The position numbers were made by a program, and so were the translations under genes. A DNA stretch of 64,000 nt from the NCBI GenBank assembly GCA_039630575.1, contig JBCNUW010000001.1:659-64658 (forward strand). The letters are read 5' to 3'. The notes beneath the pieces were generated by a model. It ran no database searches. It saw only the letters and a list, made by a program, of their open reading frames with translations, and was not told where the DNA came from. This document shows, in pieces, positions 9,453 through 20,033 of this stretch (position 1 is its first letter; every line of letters begins with the position of its first letter). Source of the stretch: Candidatus Hydrothermales bacterium. GTDB taxonomy: Bacteria > Hydrothermota > Hydrothermia > Hydrothermales > JAJRUZ01.

Positions 9453-10703
9453 ATGATTGAAAATCTATTAAAAGAGGATATTTTTTCGTATATAAAAAAA
9501 ATTCCAAAGGAAGAACTTGAAAATTTAATGGAGACTCACCTTGCTCCTAATTACAAACCTTTTCCTGTATGGATCAAAAGAGGATCTGGTTCAAAAGTTT
9601 ATGATATTGATGGTAAAGAGTATATAGATTTTATAGGATGTTATTCAGCACTCTCTCATGGTCATTTAAATGTAAAAATTATTGAAACTGTAAAAAAACA
9701 GTTAGAAAAGTTAACTCTTACTGGACGACATGTAATCTATCCTGAGCTTGTTTTATTCTCAAGGGTCCTCTCGGAATATACAGGTCTTGATATGGTTTTA
9801 CCAATGAATACCGGTGCCGAAGCGGTAGAAACTGCGATAAAGGCTGCCAGGAGATGGGGTTATAAAGTTAAAGGGGTAAGAGACGGTAAAGCTGAAATTA
9901 TTGTAATGGAAAGAAATTTTCATGGTAGGACGATAACTGTTATAAGTTTTTCTACAAATGAAGATTATAGAGATGGCTTTGGTCCCTTTACAGGTGGTTT
10001 TAAAATAGTTAAATTTGGTGACTTAAAGGAAATAAAAAAGAAAATAACAAAAAATACAGTTGCAGTGCTTTTTGAACCTATTCAAGCTGAAGGAGGAATT
10101 TACGTTCCTTATGATGGTTTCTTAAAGGATGTTAGAAAGTTATGTGATGAAGAAAATATATTAATGATACTTGACGAAATACAGACTGGAATGGGTAGAA
10201 CTGGTAAGCCTTTTGCCTATATGTGGGAGAATATAAAACCTGATCTTTTAACAGTTGGAAAGGCATTAGGTGGTGGAGTTATGCCAGTATCAGCTGTTGT
10301 TGGAAAAAGAGAGGTTCTATCTCTTATGACACCTGGTTCCCATGGGAGTACTTTCGGTGGTAACCCTCTTGCTTGTGTAATTGGAGTTGAGGCTATTTTG
10401 GAAATGATTAGAGAAAAGCTCCCTGAAAAAGCTAATGAAAAAGGTGATTATTTAATGAGAAAATTAAAAGAAATTGATTCACCCAAAATTAAAGAAATAA
10501 GAGGAAAGGGGTTACTTATAGGTGTAGAGGTTAAAAAGGATTACGGGACAGGTAAAAAACTGGCAGAAATACTTTTAAAGCATGGATTAATAACAAAGGA
10601 AACCCATCTGATGACTGTTAGAATAACACCTCCATTAAATATAAGTTATGAGGAGCTTGATGAAGGTGTGAAAAAATTTAAAAAAGGAGTTGAGGAGCTC
10701 TAA
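9453..10703 (+). CDS. rocD: Ornithine--oxo-acid aminotransferase (class III PLP)
   Basis: YSALSHGH, PMNTGAEAVETAIKAARRWGY, FHGRT, EPIQAEGG, DEIQTG, GKALGGG and GSHGSTFGGNPLA. Confidence 0.88.
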   Translation: MIENLLKEDIFSYIKKIPKEELENLMETHLAPNYKPFPVWIKRGSGSKVYDIDGKEYIDFIGCYSALSHGHLNVKIIETVKKQLEKLTLTGRHVIYPELVLFSRVLSEYTGLDMVLPMNTGAEAVETAIKAARRWGYKVKGVRDGKAEIIVMERNFHGRTITVISFSTNEDYRDGFGPFTGGFKIVKFGDLKEIKKKITKNTVAVLFEPIQAEGGIYVPYDGFLKDVRKLCDEENILMILDEIQTGMGRTGKPFAYMWENIKPDLLTVGKALGGGVMPVSAVVGKREVLSLMTPGSHGSTFGGNPLACVIGVEAILEMIREKLPEKANEKGDYLMRKLKEIDSPKIKEIRGKGLLIGVEVKKDYGTGKKLAEILLKHGLITKETHLMTVRITPPLNISYEELDEGVKKFKKGVEEL

Positions 10704-11707
10704 AAATTTTTGAAGGGATTTTCCTCTTCCTCCTCTTCAATTAATTTTATTTTTTTAGTTTCTCGATAAAGTTTTGAAAGTAAAATTAGTGTAAGTGGAA
10801 TGAAAATACCTGTGATTAAAAAGAAAATGTAAGGGTTAATATTAAAAGCTGGTGAAGGTGTGTATCTCATAATGTTGAATACTATTAAAGATGCTGAAAA
10901 CCATATTGTAGTAAAATTCGTGAGGGGATTCATAGACTCCGCAATACCAAATCCTGGGATTCTTTTTTTTGTTATGGGGTAAAAAAAGTTTACTCCCATA
11001 TACCCGAGCTGATCAAGAAAACCATGAGACATATAGCCAATAAAGAAAATAATTGAATTCTGAATATAGAAAGGGCTTTTAATTAGATATAAAAATGTAC
11101 CTAAAAGGAAAGAGAAAAAGAGTGCTGAAAAAACTCCATGGGTCCATTCTCTGTGCCAAGGTATAAAAATAATTTTAACCTTATTTTCCTCTGGTATAAA
11201 GGCAAGGGATGGACCTGAAAATATATCAACTATTATTTCTCTGTAGTTATACTGAAAGGGTATATCAATTTTTCTTTCGGTTTCTCTCCTTGGTGCTTGA
11301 TTGAGGGGAACTGGTATTTGCGAAGTGTTTACAGAAGGTCCATAAAAAGCAATTATTTTTCCATTTTCTTCATCAAGAACAAGACCGTATCTTCTCCATA
11401 AGTCGGGTCCGATAAGCAGTGTATGAAGTTTAACTCTTATTTCTCTTTTTTCTTCCCAGGCTTTTTTTAAAGCATTTTCAAAGAAATCAAGAATTTCGTC
11501 AGGGTTTTTACCTTCTGGATCTGGCTCAAATTCATAGTCCCATTTTTCCAGAAATCTATAAATTTTAAAATCAAGGAAGTCTGGCAAATAGCCACCTATA
11601 CCTCCCCAAACAAGATCTATAGTCCCTTTTTCAGCAGCAGACCTTACAAGATCTGGGAAAAAACTTGATAATGAAAGACCAAATGTAAAATGTGTTATTC
11701 CTTTCAT
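10700..11707 (-). CDS. Membrane-associated metal-dependent hydrolase (YdjM/LexA-binding family)
   Basis: MxGxTH, LPD, HRxxTH and SHxxLD motifs plus TM helices. Confidence 0.75.
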   Translation of the reverse strand: MKGITHFTFGLSLSSFFPDLVRSAAEKGTIDLVWGGIGGYLPDFLDFKIYRFLEKWDYEFEPDPEGKNPDEILDFFENALKKAWEEKREIRVKLHTLLIGPDLWRRYGLVLDEENGKIIAFYGPSVNTSQIPVPLNQAPRRETERKIDIPFQYNYREIIVDIFSGPSLAFIPEENKVKIIFIPWHREWTHGVFSALFFSFLLGTFLYLIKSPFYIQNSIIFFIGYMSHGFLDQLGYMGVNFFYPITKKRIPGFGIAESMNPLTNFTTIWFSASLIVFNIMRYTPSPAFNINPYIFFLITGIFIPLTLILLSKLYRETKKIKLIEEEEEENPFKNF

Positions 11708-11709
11708 AA

Positions 11710-12843
<1,134 letters not shown>

Positions 12844-12858
12844 ATTTTACTCCTAAAT

Positions 12859-12906
12859 TTGAAATGACTTTTTTTTTTATCCTATAATAATTTTTTAAAA
12901 AGGAGG
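12859..12906 (+). promoter_or_regulatory. Sigma70-type promoter TTGAAA-18 nt-TATAAT with T10 in the spacer, plus SD AGGAGG
   Basis: TTGAAA 12859-12864, T10 12869-12878, TATAAT 12883-12888, AGGAGG 12901-12906, ATG 12915. Confidence 0.7.
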
Positions 12907-12914
12907 TTAAATTT

Positions 12915-15900
12915 ATGGGTAAATTAAAAAAACTATTCCTTTTAGCTCCAATTCTATTTTGGAGCTCTATTCTCTATTCGGAAAAAGTGGCTGAACCTGA
13001 ATTCAAAGTTGTAAGTATAACACCCCTAGATAACAAAGTTCCAAGTCCTGTTTTTGACACTTTCAGAGTATGGCCTGGTGCTACTGCTAATACCACAAGG
13101 GAAGTTGCTGTTGGAAAAAGTTTTAAAGGTATGCATGACGATACAATAAGAATTGTAACTGTCCAATCAGCTGGAACGAGATATCTTGTAATTGCTACTG
13201 ATACCTCTACTAATAATTTTGGTAGGAATAAATTTAGAATAGCGTTTCCTTACACATTTCCTACAGGGATTACAGCCAATTCTGTAGCATTAGGTAATGT
13301 TGATGGTGATTATTATACTGACATACTTGTTGGAACTGGAGCCTCACCTTTTACAGTATATTGGTTTGAATGGAGTGAGGTAGCAACTAGTTTTCAACTT
13401 CAAAGCTCCTTTAACGCACCTGCTGCTGTTAACGATATTGTGATAGGTGATGCTGACAATGATGGAAACAGTAATGAAATAATTCTTACAACTGCTACTA
13501 CTTCGCCTCCTCAAATTTGGAGATATATTTGGCAAGCAGGGTCTCTTGTAGGAACCCAGATAAATCTTACAGGTACTGTTGCTGCAAGAGGAGTTGCAAT
13601 AGGTGATATAAGGCCTGATATACCTGGTAATGAGATATACGTGGTAGGATCTACTAATATTTGGATGGTTTACTGGGATGGTTCAACCTGGGTTGTATCC
13701 ACAATAACTACAGGTGTATCAGCTTCTTGGGATATTGTTATTGGTGATATAAATTTATCTCTTCCTGGAAACGAATTTGCAGTAGTTCATGGTTCAACGA
13801 GCTATCAAGTTTCTGTTTGGAACTGGACTGGTGTCTGGAGCGGAATAGCCTATAGGTTTACAGCTACTTGGGGAACAACTGATAATGACATAGCTATCGG
13901 TGATATTGTAACAGATAACTACGGAGTAGAGATGATATTAGTAGGTGGTGCCTCTACTACGGCTATTCCGTATTTATTCTGGATTGGTCCTGGCGGAAGT
14001 GGTTGGGTTTACCCTCTTCCTAAAGTTAGATCAGGTCAGGCTGATTATGGAGTGGCAATTGGGAACATTAATAAATTCAGACATTTCAACAATGAAATTG
14101 TTTTAAGTGGAGGAGGTTCTCTTCTTGAGATTGAACAGAGAGTTTATCCAAACGATATCGGAACTTATTGGATCAGAATGAAAAATGGAACTGCTGTAAG
14201 AAATGTCCCTGATACTATAATTATAGGTATATTTAATGCTGGTTATTTACCACAGTCAAACTTTAATATAAATTACAATCTTAAAATAAGACCTATTTCA
14301 GGATCTGTTTCATATTTAGGGGTTTTGAACCCGAATCAAACTGATGTTATTAAAATTCCTTTCAGCTATACCTTTACTGGATTAGATACCCTTTTTGTTA
14401 CTACAGCTTTAGCTTCGGATCAGAACACCGCAAATGACAGGACAGCATTGCATCTTGAGGTATATGATGATACAACAAGATGTGCTTCAGGATTTAATCC
14501 AGTGCTGTTCCCTCCATCAAATTCAACTGTTCCTCCGACCTCTTGGCAAAGAGTAATTCTTTCAGGTATTTATAATTGGGCAAGAACTACTTCACCATCT
14601 TCTCCTGCTGCACCAGTTTTAGAAGGGTATGCAGTAGCTATGTACCCTTCCTATTCTGCCTCTTCAGGTTCTATGGCAAGGTTAATCACACACCCTATAA
14701 GTGTTGGAAACACTGCAAGAAAATTAAAATTAAGATTTTACATGTATGGTGACCCAGGATATGCTACTAATCCTGATTCCATAGTAGTTGAATACTCCTA
14801 TGATGCAATTAATTTTATGAGACTTGCTAGTTTTCCAAGATATGCTGCTACTGCTGGCTGGCGTAGGTTTGATGTTGATATAGGAGATTTTCCACCAAAC
14901 AGAACAATTTATGTTTCTTTTCTTGCAAAAAGTGGCTTTGGAAATAACATGTTTATTGATTCTGTAAGAATAGTTGCCACAACTCCAACAGCAGCCAGTA
15001 ACGATGCTCAAGTTATGTCTATTTTACCTATTTCAAAACCTACTTATGTTGGTCAACCATACCAAGTTAAGGTTGTTATAAGAAACTTAGGATTAAATCC
15101 TCTAACCTCAACACAAGTCTTTTATACTTTAGGTGGACAAGATACAGTAAAAGAAAATTGGACAGGTTATCTTGAAATTAACTCCCTTGATACTTTCACT
15201 TTCTCTACACCCCTAGTTTTCTCAGACACAGGAGTATATACTCTCTATAGTGGAACTAGACTTACTGGTGATCAGAACTCTCAAAACGATGTTACATCAA
15301 CTGTTTTGAGAGTATGTCCTAGCTCTCATATTCCGCCTTATACTAAAAATTTTGATGAAAACTGGTTAAATTCGACTGAACCTCCTTTCTGTGGATGGAC
15401 GATAGTTGACGGAGGAAATGAACCATCCCCCGCAGTTAACACTAACGATTGGCATAGGTATGTTTCAGCATCTCCAGCAAGAACAGTTGCGAGAGTTTAC
15501 TTTTCACCGGTTGAACAGCATAATGATTGGCTAATTTCTCCAAGATTTGATTGTTCAGCTTGGGGAACTTATACACTTTCCTTCTGGCACTATTATAATG
15601 ATTGGTCAGTTGCAAGCCCTGACTCTGGAAGAGTGCTATTATCAACAGATGGTGGAAGCACTTGGATTACTTTGGCTAGGTATTCGAATGTGGATGATTC
15701 TGGAAGAAAAACCTTTGACATAAGTAACCTCGTAAATAATAAAAATAATGTAAAAATTGCTTTTCATTATGTTGCATATGATGAATTTTACTGGTATGTT
15801 GATGATTTCTCCTTGAGTTTTGTTCCTGATAATCAAGGACCAATTATTTCCTTTATTAGAAGAGCGCAAAATGCATATAGAGGTCCATTCACAGTAAAAG

Positions 15901-17588
15901 CTTTAATAAGGGATAATGTTTCAGGTTTGCTTTCAGATACACTTTATTACATAGTGAATGACCAAGTTTACGTAGCACCAAGAATATCTGTTAGAGGAGA
16001 TACCTTTACATATCAGATACCAGATTTACCAGCTGGAACTGTTGTTGATTATTACTTAAAGGCAAGAGATAATGCTTTAAATGTAACAAAGACAGGGATA
16101 ATGACTTTTTGTGTTCTTGAGCCTTTCTCTACAGGAGTAGTAGCCTACGGTGTACCAGGAGAAAATAATGTAAAGCTTAGTTGGGATACACCTTATGAGG
16201 AGATAAGGCATTATTCATATCCTTATTACGTCTGGTCCGGTTGGTCACAAGGTGATATGATAGCAACAAGATTTACTCCACAATACTATCCCTATAAGCT
16301 TGAAGCTGTAGCAATGCTCTTTTATCAGTATCAAGACACTATTGAACTTCTTGTATGGAGAGATGATGGGTCACATTATCCTGGTGTTTTAGTATATTCT
16401 GATACTTTTGCTATTACTTCAGTTTATCCTCAATATCAGGTTTTTGATCTTTCCTCACAGAATATTGTAATAAGTGATAATGATTTTCATGTTGGAATAA
16501 AATGGCTTGGTCCTGATAGACCATACATAATTTCTGATGACACTTCCTTCACAGGAAGAAGTAAAATCTACACAGGAACTCACTTTATACCATTTGGTTA
16601 TGACTTTGTAATTTCTTCATTTGTGTCGTACTTACCCTCAACTGTGCTTAATTCTGGGAAAGAGATGAAAATTGTTCATGACATAGATTTAAGTACTCCT
16701 ATAAATATTCCAAATACTCCACTTGTAAGACTTAAAAAGAACATAATTCAAAATATAGATTCTTACAAGAAATACAATCTATATCTAGATCTTTTTGGAA
16801 TACAGAATTTTGAGATTTTAAAATCTCAAACACAAGGTGGACCATATACTTCTATTGGTACAACCAATCAAACCTATTTTGTCGACACAGATGTTAGCTC
16901 AGGTAACATTTACTATTATGTTATTGCTACAAACTACACTAATCCTGATACTCAGACACTTTCAAACGAAGTGCAGATTGCTGTGGACTTTCATTCACCT
17001 GTTTATTCTAACACAGTCTATAACATAGTTGGTAATGAATTAATTGTTTCAACAAGAATAACAGATTGGTCAGGTCTTTATTACGATACACTTGGTTATA
17101 GATTTGATGGTGGAAACTTTAGCTTTATAACTCATGCTTTTGTTAGTGGTTCAAATTACTATTACACCATTCCATTAACATCTGGGGTAGGTGTAATTGA
17201 GTTTTATCTCTTCTGTAGAGATGCTTCTTGGTGGAGAAATTATGCAAGGGATCCTGTAAGCGGCTATTATCAGTATACTGGAATAGGTGAAATTACAAAG
17301 GATATTCCTTCTAAGTTCTTCTTCAATGTTCTTAACACAGTTTCAAATGATGGATTTATCAAATTTGCCTACGGAATACCAGCTGAGACTGAAGTCGATA
17401 TAACAATTTATAGTGTAACAGGTAGAAAGATAAAGACCCTTGTGAATGGTGTTAGAAAACCTGGTGTATACTACCTACTTTGGAATAAGGAAGATGAAAA
17501 AGGCAAAAAGGTAGGACAAGGAACATATCTTGTGAAGGTTAAAACAAAAGAAAAAGAGGAAATTAAGAAGATAATCCTTATAAGATAA
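12915..17588 (+). CDS. Giant secreted adhesin-like protein: FG-GAP-like propeller, two CARDB, cleaved-adhesin/jelly-roll, Ig/FN3, FlgD-Ig/T9SS-type CTD
   Basis: Signal peptide; repeated (I/L)G(D/N)xxxDxxxEI motifs; DQNxxND CARDB ends; HNDWLISPRFD; C-terminal IYSVTGRKIKTL...WNKEDEKGKKVGQGTYLV...KKIIL. Confidence 0.8.
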   Translation: MGKLKKLFLLAPILFWSSILYSEKVAEPEFKVVSITPLDNKVPSPVFDTFRVWPGATANTTREVAVGKSFKGMHDDTIRIVTVQSAGTRYLVIATDTSTNNFGRNKFRIAFPYTFPTGITANSVALGNVDGDYYTDILVGTGASPFTVYWFEWSEVATSFQLQSSFNAPAAVNDIVIGDADNDGNSNEIILTTATTSPPQIWRYIWQAGSLVGTQINLTGTVAARGVAIGDIRPDIPGNEIYVVGSTNIWMVYWDGSTWVVSTITTGVSASWDIVIGDINLSLPGNEFAVVHGSTSYQVSVWNWTGVWSGIAYRFTATWGTTDNDIAIGDIVTDNYGVEMILVGGASTTAIPYLFWIGPGGSGWVYPLPKVRSGQADYGVAIGNINKFRHFNNEIVLSGGGSLLEIEQRVYPNDIGTYWIRMKNGTAVRNVPDTIIIGIFNAGYLPQSNFNINYNLKIRPISGSVSYLGVLNPNQTDVIKIPFSYTFTGLDTLFVTTALASDQNTANDRTALHLEVYDDTTRCASGFNPVLFPPSNSTVPPTSWQRVILSGIYNWARTTSPSSPAAPVLEGYAVAMYPSYSASSGSMARLITHPISVGNTARKLKLRFYMYGDPGYATNPDSIVVEYSYDAINFMRLASFPRYAATAGWRRFDVDIGDFPPNRTIYVSFLAKSGFGNNMFIDSVRIVATTPTAASNDAQVMSILPISKPTYVGQPYQVKVVIRNLGLNPLTSTQVFYTLGGQDTVKENWTGYLEINSLDTFTFSTPLVFSDTGVYTLYSGTRLTGDQNSQNDVTSTVLRVCPSSHIPPYTKNFDENWLNSTEPPFCGWTIVDGGNEPSPAVNTNDWHRYVSASPARTVARVYFSPVEQHNDWLISPRFDCSAWGTYTLSFWHYYNDWSVASPDSGRVLLSTDGGSTWITLARYSNVDDSGRKTFDISNLVNNKNNVKIAFHYVAYDEFYWYVDDFSLSFVPDNQGPIISFIRRAQNAYRGPFTVKALIRDNVSGLLSDTLYYIVNDQVYVAPRISVRGDTFTYQIPDLPAGTVVDYYLKARDNALNVTKTGIMTFCVLEPFSTGVVAYGVPGENNVKLSWDTPYEEIRHYSYPYYVWSGWSQGDMIATRFTPQYYPYKLEAVAMLFYQYQDTIELLVWRDDGSHYPGVLVYSDTFAITSVYPQYQVFDLSSQNIVISDNDFHVGIKWLGPDRPYIISDDTSFTGRSKIYTGTHFIPFGYDFVISSFVSYLPSTVLNSGKEMKIVHDIDLSTPINIPNTPLVRLKKNIIQNIDSYKKYNLYLDLFGIQNFEILKSQTQGGPYTSIGTTNQTYFVDTDVSSGNIYYYVIATNYTNPDTQTLSNEVQIAVDFHSPVYSNTVYNIVGNELIVSTRITDWSGLYYDTLGYRFDGGNFSFITHAFVSGSNYYYTIPLTSGVGVIEFYLFCRDASWWRNYARDPVSGYYQYTGIGEITKDIPSKFFFNVLNTVSNDGFIKFAYGIPAETEVDITIYSVTGRKIKTLVNGVRKPGVYYLLWNKEDEKGKKVGQGTYLVKVKTKEKEEIKKIILIR

Positions 17589-17603
17589 TATTAAAGATAG
17601 AAT

Positions 17604-17628
17604 GGGGTTCGAATCCCCTTTTTATTTT
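17604..17628 (+). terminator. Probable intrinsic terminator with a tRNA T-loop-like loop
   Basis: GGGG-TTCGAAT-CCCC followed by TTTTTATTTT, 15 nt after the stop of the 1557-aa gene. Confidence 0.55.
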
Positions 17629-17635
17629 AAATAAT

Positions 17636-18268
17636 ATGTTTAAATTTTTAATTCAATTTTTTTTAATCTTACAGTTACCTCAACCTTTACCATCTTTACA
17701 GAGGGAAAAAGAATTAAAGCCTGCTGAATGGACCCCTTATAGTTTTAAAGGTACTGAATACTTCAAGTATGAGGTAAAAGGAGGTGGGGGAAAAGAGATA
17801 AAAACAGGTTATGAGATTATTAAAATTTCAAAAGAGGGAGAAAAATATAAAGTGAATATAGAGGGAAAATTCGGTCAGAGTGAAGGTTCCTTTACAACAA
17901 CAGTAGAAAATAGAGAAGATATCCCAGGAGCAATTTTGGCTCAGTCTGTACTTAATCCTTATATCGCTCCCTTGGCTGTAGCTCTTTTTTCACCTGCTTG
18001 GGCTTACTATTTTGCTCTTACAGGATTTAAGTTTGAAGAAGGTTCCACATGGAAGCAAAAAGATGAGAGTGGAAAATCGATAGAAATGGTGGTAAAAGGA
18101 GCAGAAACTTACGTTGGAAAAAAAGGCAAAAAGCTAATTGTAAAAGAAGATGGAAAAGAAATTTGGGTTATTGTTTGGTCAAAGGACGTTGCTTTACCTC
18201 TCTATATAAAAATGGGACATGAAAAAGAAACTTTTTACGAACTTAAACTTGTAGATTATAAAGAGTGA
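17636..18268 (+). CDS. Hypothetical exported protein
   Basis: 210-aa ORF with a short hydrophobic N-terminus and a beta-rich body. No family recognised. Confidence 0.7.
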   Translation: MFKFLIQFFLILQLPQPLPSLQREKELKPAEWTPYSFKGTEYFKYEVKGGGGKEIKTGYEIIKISKEGEKYKVNIEGKFGQSEGSFTTTVENREDIPGAILAQSVLNPYIAPLAVALFSPAWAYYFALTGFKFEEGSTWKQKDESGKSIEMVVKGAETYVGKKGKKLIVKEDGKEIWVIVWSKDVALPLYIKMGHEKETFYELKLVDYKE

Positions 18269-18307
18269 AACCATAAATTTAATTTTTAGGTAAACTAAAT
18301 TTATTAA

Positions 18308-19354
18308 TTAAGGCAGAGAAATATTTAACTCCTTTCGAGAGAACTTAATTTTTTTACTGTTGGAATATTTTAATTCTTCCTTAAACTCTTTTATTGCTTG
18401 AGCAGTCTCTTCATAATTTCCCTGTGGATTCCAGAAATAAAATTCTTTAACTCCAGTTAAGTATGCTCCCTTTATTTGTGTTTTTATGTAATCCTTACCA
18501 AAATTTGGTGATCTTAAATCAAAAGATTGTACATAAACAGATATTTTTGTATTTATTTCACCTTTCACTCTTTGTGGCCCAATTGCGTAAATCAAGAATT
18601 CTCTACCGAAGAAATCTTTTGTGTCTCTCTCGACATGAAAAAAATTTTTACCAAAGTGTGAAGGGTAAAGCATAAAAGCAAATTTATCTAAATATTTTGC
18701 CATTAGCTTTAAATTCTGCCCCTCCCTTTTTACTTCACCCCAATAACAAACAAAACCAAAAACACAAGCTGTAATTGTTATTCCTCCTAAACTATCTTTG
18801 ACTTCTTTTAAAAATTCTGATATTATTTCTTTTTTTTCTAGTTTAGAATTTTTCTCAATGAGAATTGAGTTTAAATCACCCTCTGAGGGGAATCTGATAT
18901 AATCAAGATGAATTTCCTCAAAACCGCTTTCTTTTAACTCCTTAAGTAAATCTATAAGATAATGTTGAACCTCTTTATTATATGGATTAAGCCAAAAGGC
19001 GGAGCGTTCATCTTTCCAAGGCTTATTTGTCTTTTTGTCCTTTAAAAACCACTCAGGTTTACTTTTGGCTAAATCAAACTCTACAAAACAAACAAATCTT
19101 GCAATTGGTTTTATATTTTTTTCTTTTAATTTTTTAACATATTCCTTTAAATCTCCATAAAAAGGCCTTACTATATTTGATTCAATAGCAACTCTGTTAC
19201 AAGTTTTGTAGAAAATAAAACCTGCTTCTTTTACATCTATAACAACTCCATCTATGATACCTTTTTCTTTATATTCGAAAATTTTATTTAAATAGGAATA
19301 TTTTGTAGCTAAATGAGAATTAAGATAAAGTGCAAAAAAAAGGGAATCAATCAA
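18308..19354 (-). CDS. Putative glycoside hydrolase (DUF4015-like TIM barrel)
   Basis: VIDVKE, IARFVCF, WLNPY, GFEEIHLDYIRFP, GQN and MLYPSHF motifs. Confidence 0.8.
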   Translation of the reverse strand: MIDSLFFALYLNSHLATKYSYLNKIFEYKEKGIIDGVVIDVKEAGFIFYKTCNRVAIESNIVRPFYGDLKEYVKKLKEKNIKPIARFVCFVEFDLAKSKPEWFLKDKKTNKPWKDERSAFWLNPYNKEVQHYLIDLLKELKESGFEEIHLDYIRFPSEGDLNSILIEKNSKLEKKEIISEFLKEVKDSLGGITITACVFGFVCYWGEVKREGQNLKLMAKYLDKFAFMLYPSHFGKNFFHVERDTKDFFGREFLIYAIGPQRVKGEINTKISVYVQSFDLRSPNFGKDYIKTQIKGAYLTGVKEFYFWNPQGNYEETAQAIKEFKEELKYSNSKKIKFSRKELNISLP

Positions 19355-19363
19355 CCTATAAGG

Positions 19364-20020
19364 CTATTTAAATTTTAAAATCTTTTTATTTTCTATACCT
19401 TTTTTAAAAATTATTTTTCCTCTCTTATTTTTTCTTCCTATAATATCATAGAAGACATCTTCATTTTTCCCTACTTTTATATGTTCAATCTTCTTTTTTT
19501 CCTCAATCTCAAGTCCAAATCCTGAATCATAAAAGACATATCCAAGAGAATCGGTTGAGTTAGGTTGCAAATAAATTCGTAGTGATAATTTTATAAGAGA
19601 AGCATCAGTAGGCGAAACCTCTTCAGCAATAAGTTCTTGCCAAGATGACATATCGATTGAATAAGATGAATAAAAATAATTACCGAGTGAAGTTGAATCA
19701 CTCTTACACCAGGTACAATATACTCTTCCCCTAACATCAGGATCATTGTCGTAAATATAAAAGATTATTTTGTGATTCAACCCAGTACCTATAACAGGAA
19801 CAAATTGCACAAGCGCCTCAGTATAATTTGTCGTTTTACTTGCTCTTTCTATTTTAACTGAATGCAAACCCACTTTTATTATGTTTTTCTCTTTATAAAC
19901 AGGCAGGGCAGTTGGATGACTAACACTCCAATCGGAAGGTTTTGTCGTGTCTTGCCAACTCTCAAAATCCGCATTTTTAATAACTAAATTTATTTGAGTT
20001 ATTAAAATTAAAGCCCACAT
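19364..20020 (-). CDS. Exported carbohydrate-binding-module-like (jelly-roll) protein with a reduced C-terminal sorting-like tail
   Basis: NLVIKNADFESW...PSDW and SWQEL...VFYD; tail FYDIIGRK...KIIFKK...KILKFK. SD GAGGAGG upstream. Confidence 0.6.
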   Translation of the reverse strand: MWALILITQINLVIKNADFESWQDTTKPSDWSVSHPTALPVYKEKNIIKVGLHSVKIERASKTTNYTEALVQFVPVIGTGLNHKIIFYIYDNDPDVRGRVYCTWCKSDSTSLGNYFYSSYSIDMSSWQELIAEEVSPTDASLIKLSLRIYLQPNSTDSLGYVFYDSGFGLEIEEKKKIEHIKVGKNEDVFYDIIGRKNKRGKIIFKKGIENKKILKFK

Positions 20021-20033
20021 TTTTTACCTCCTC

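Noticed and set aside
9400..9460. tRNA gene at GGTTCGATTCC
   Set aside because: No acceptor stem, D-arm or anticodon arm in the AT-rich flanks. Kept only as a hairpin motif.
17560..17635. tRNA gene or prophage att site at GGTTCGAATCC
   Set aside because: The upstream sequence is coding, no cloverleaf or CCA is present, and there is no integrase in the window.
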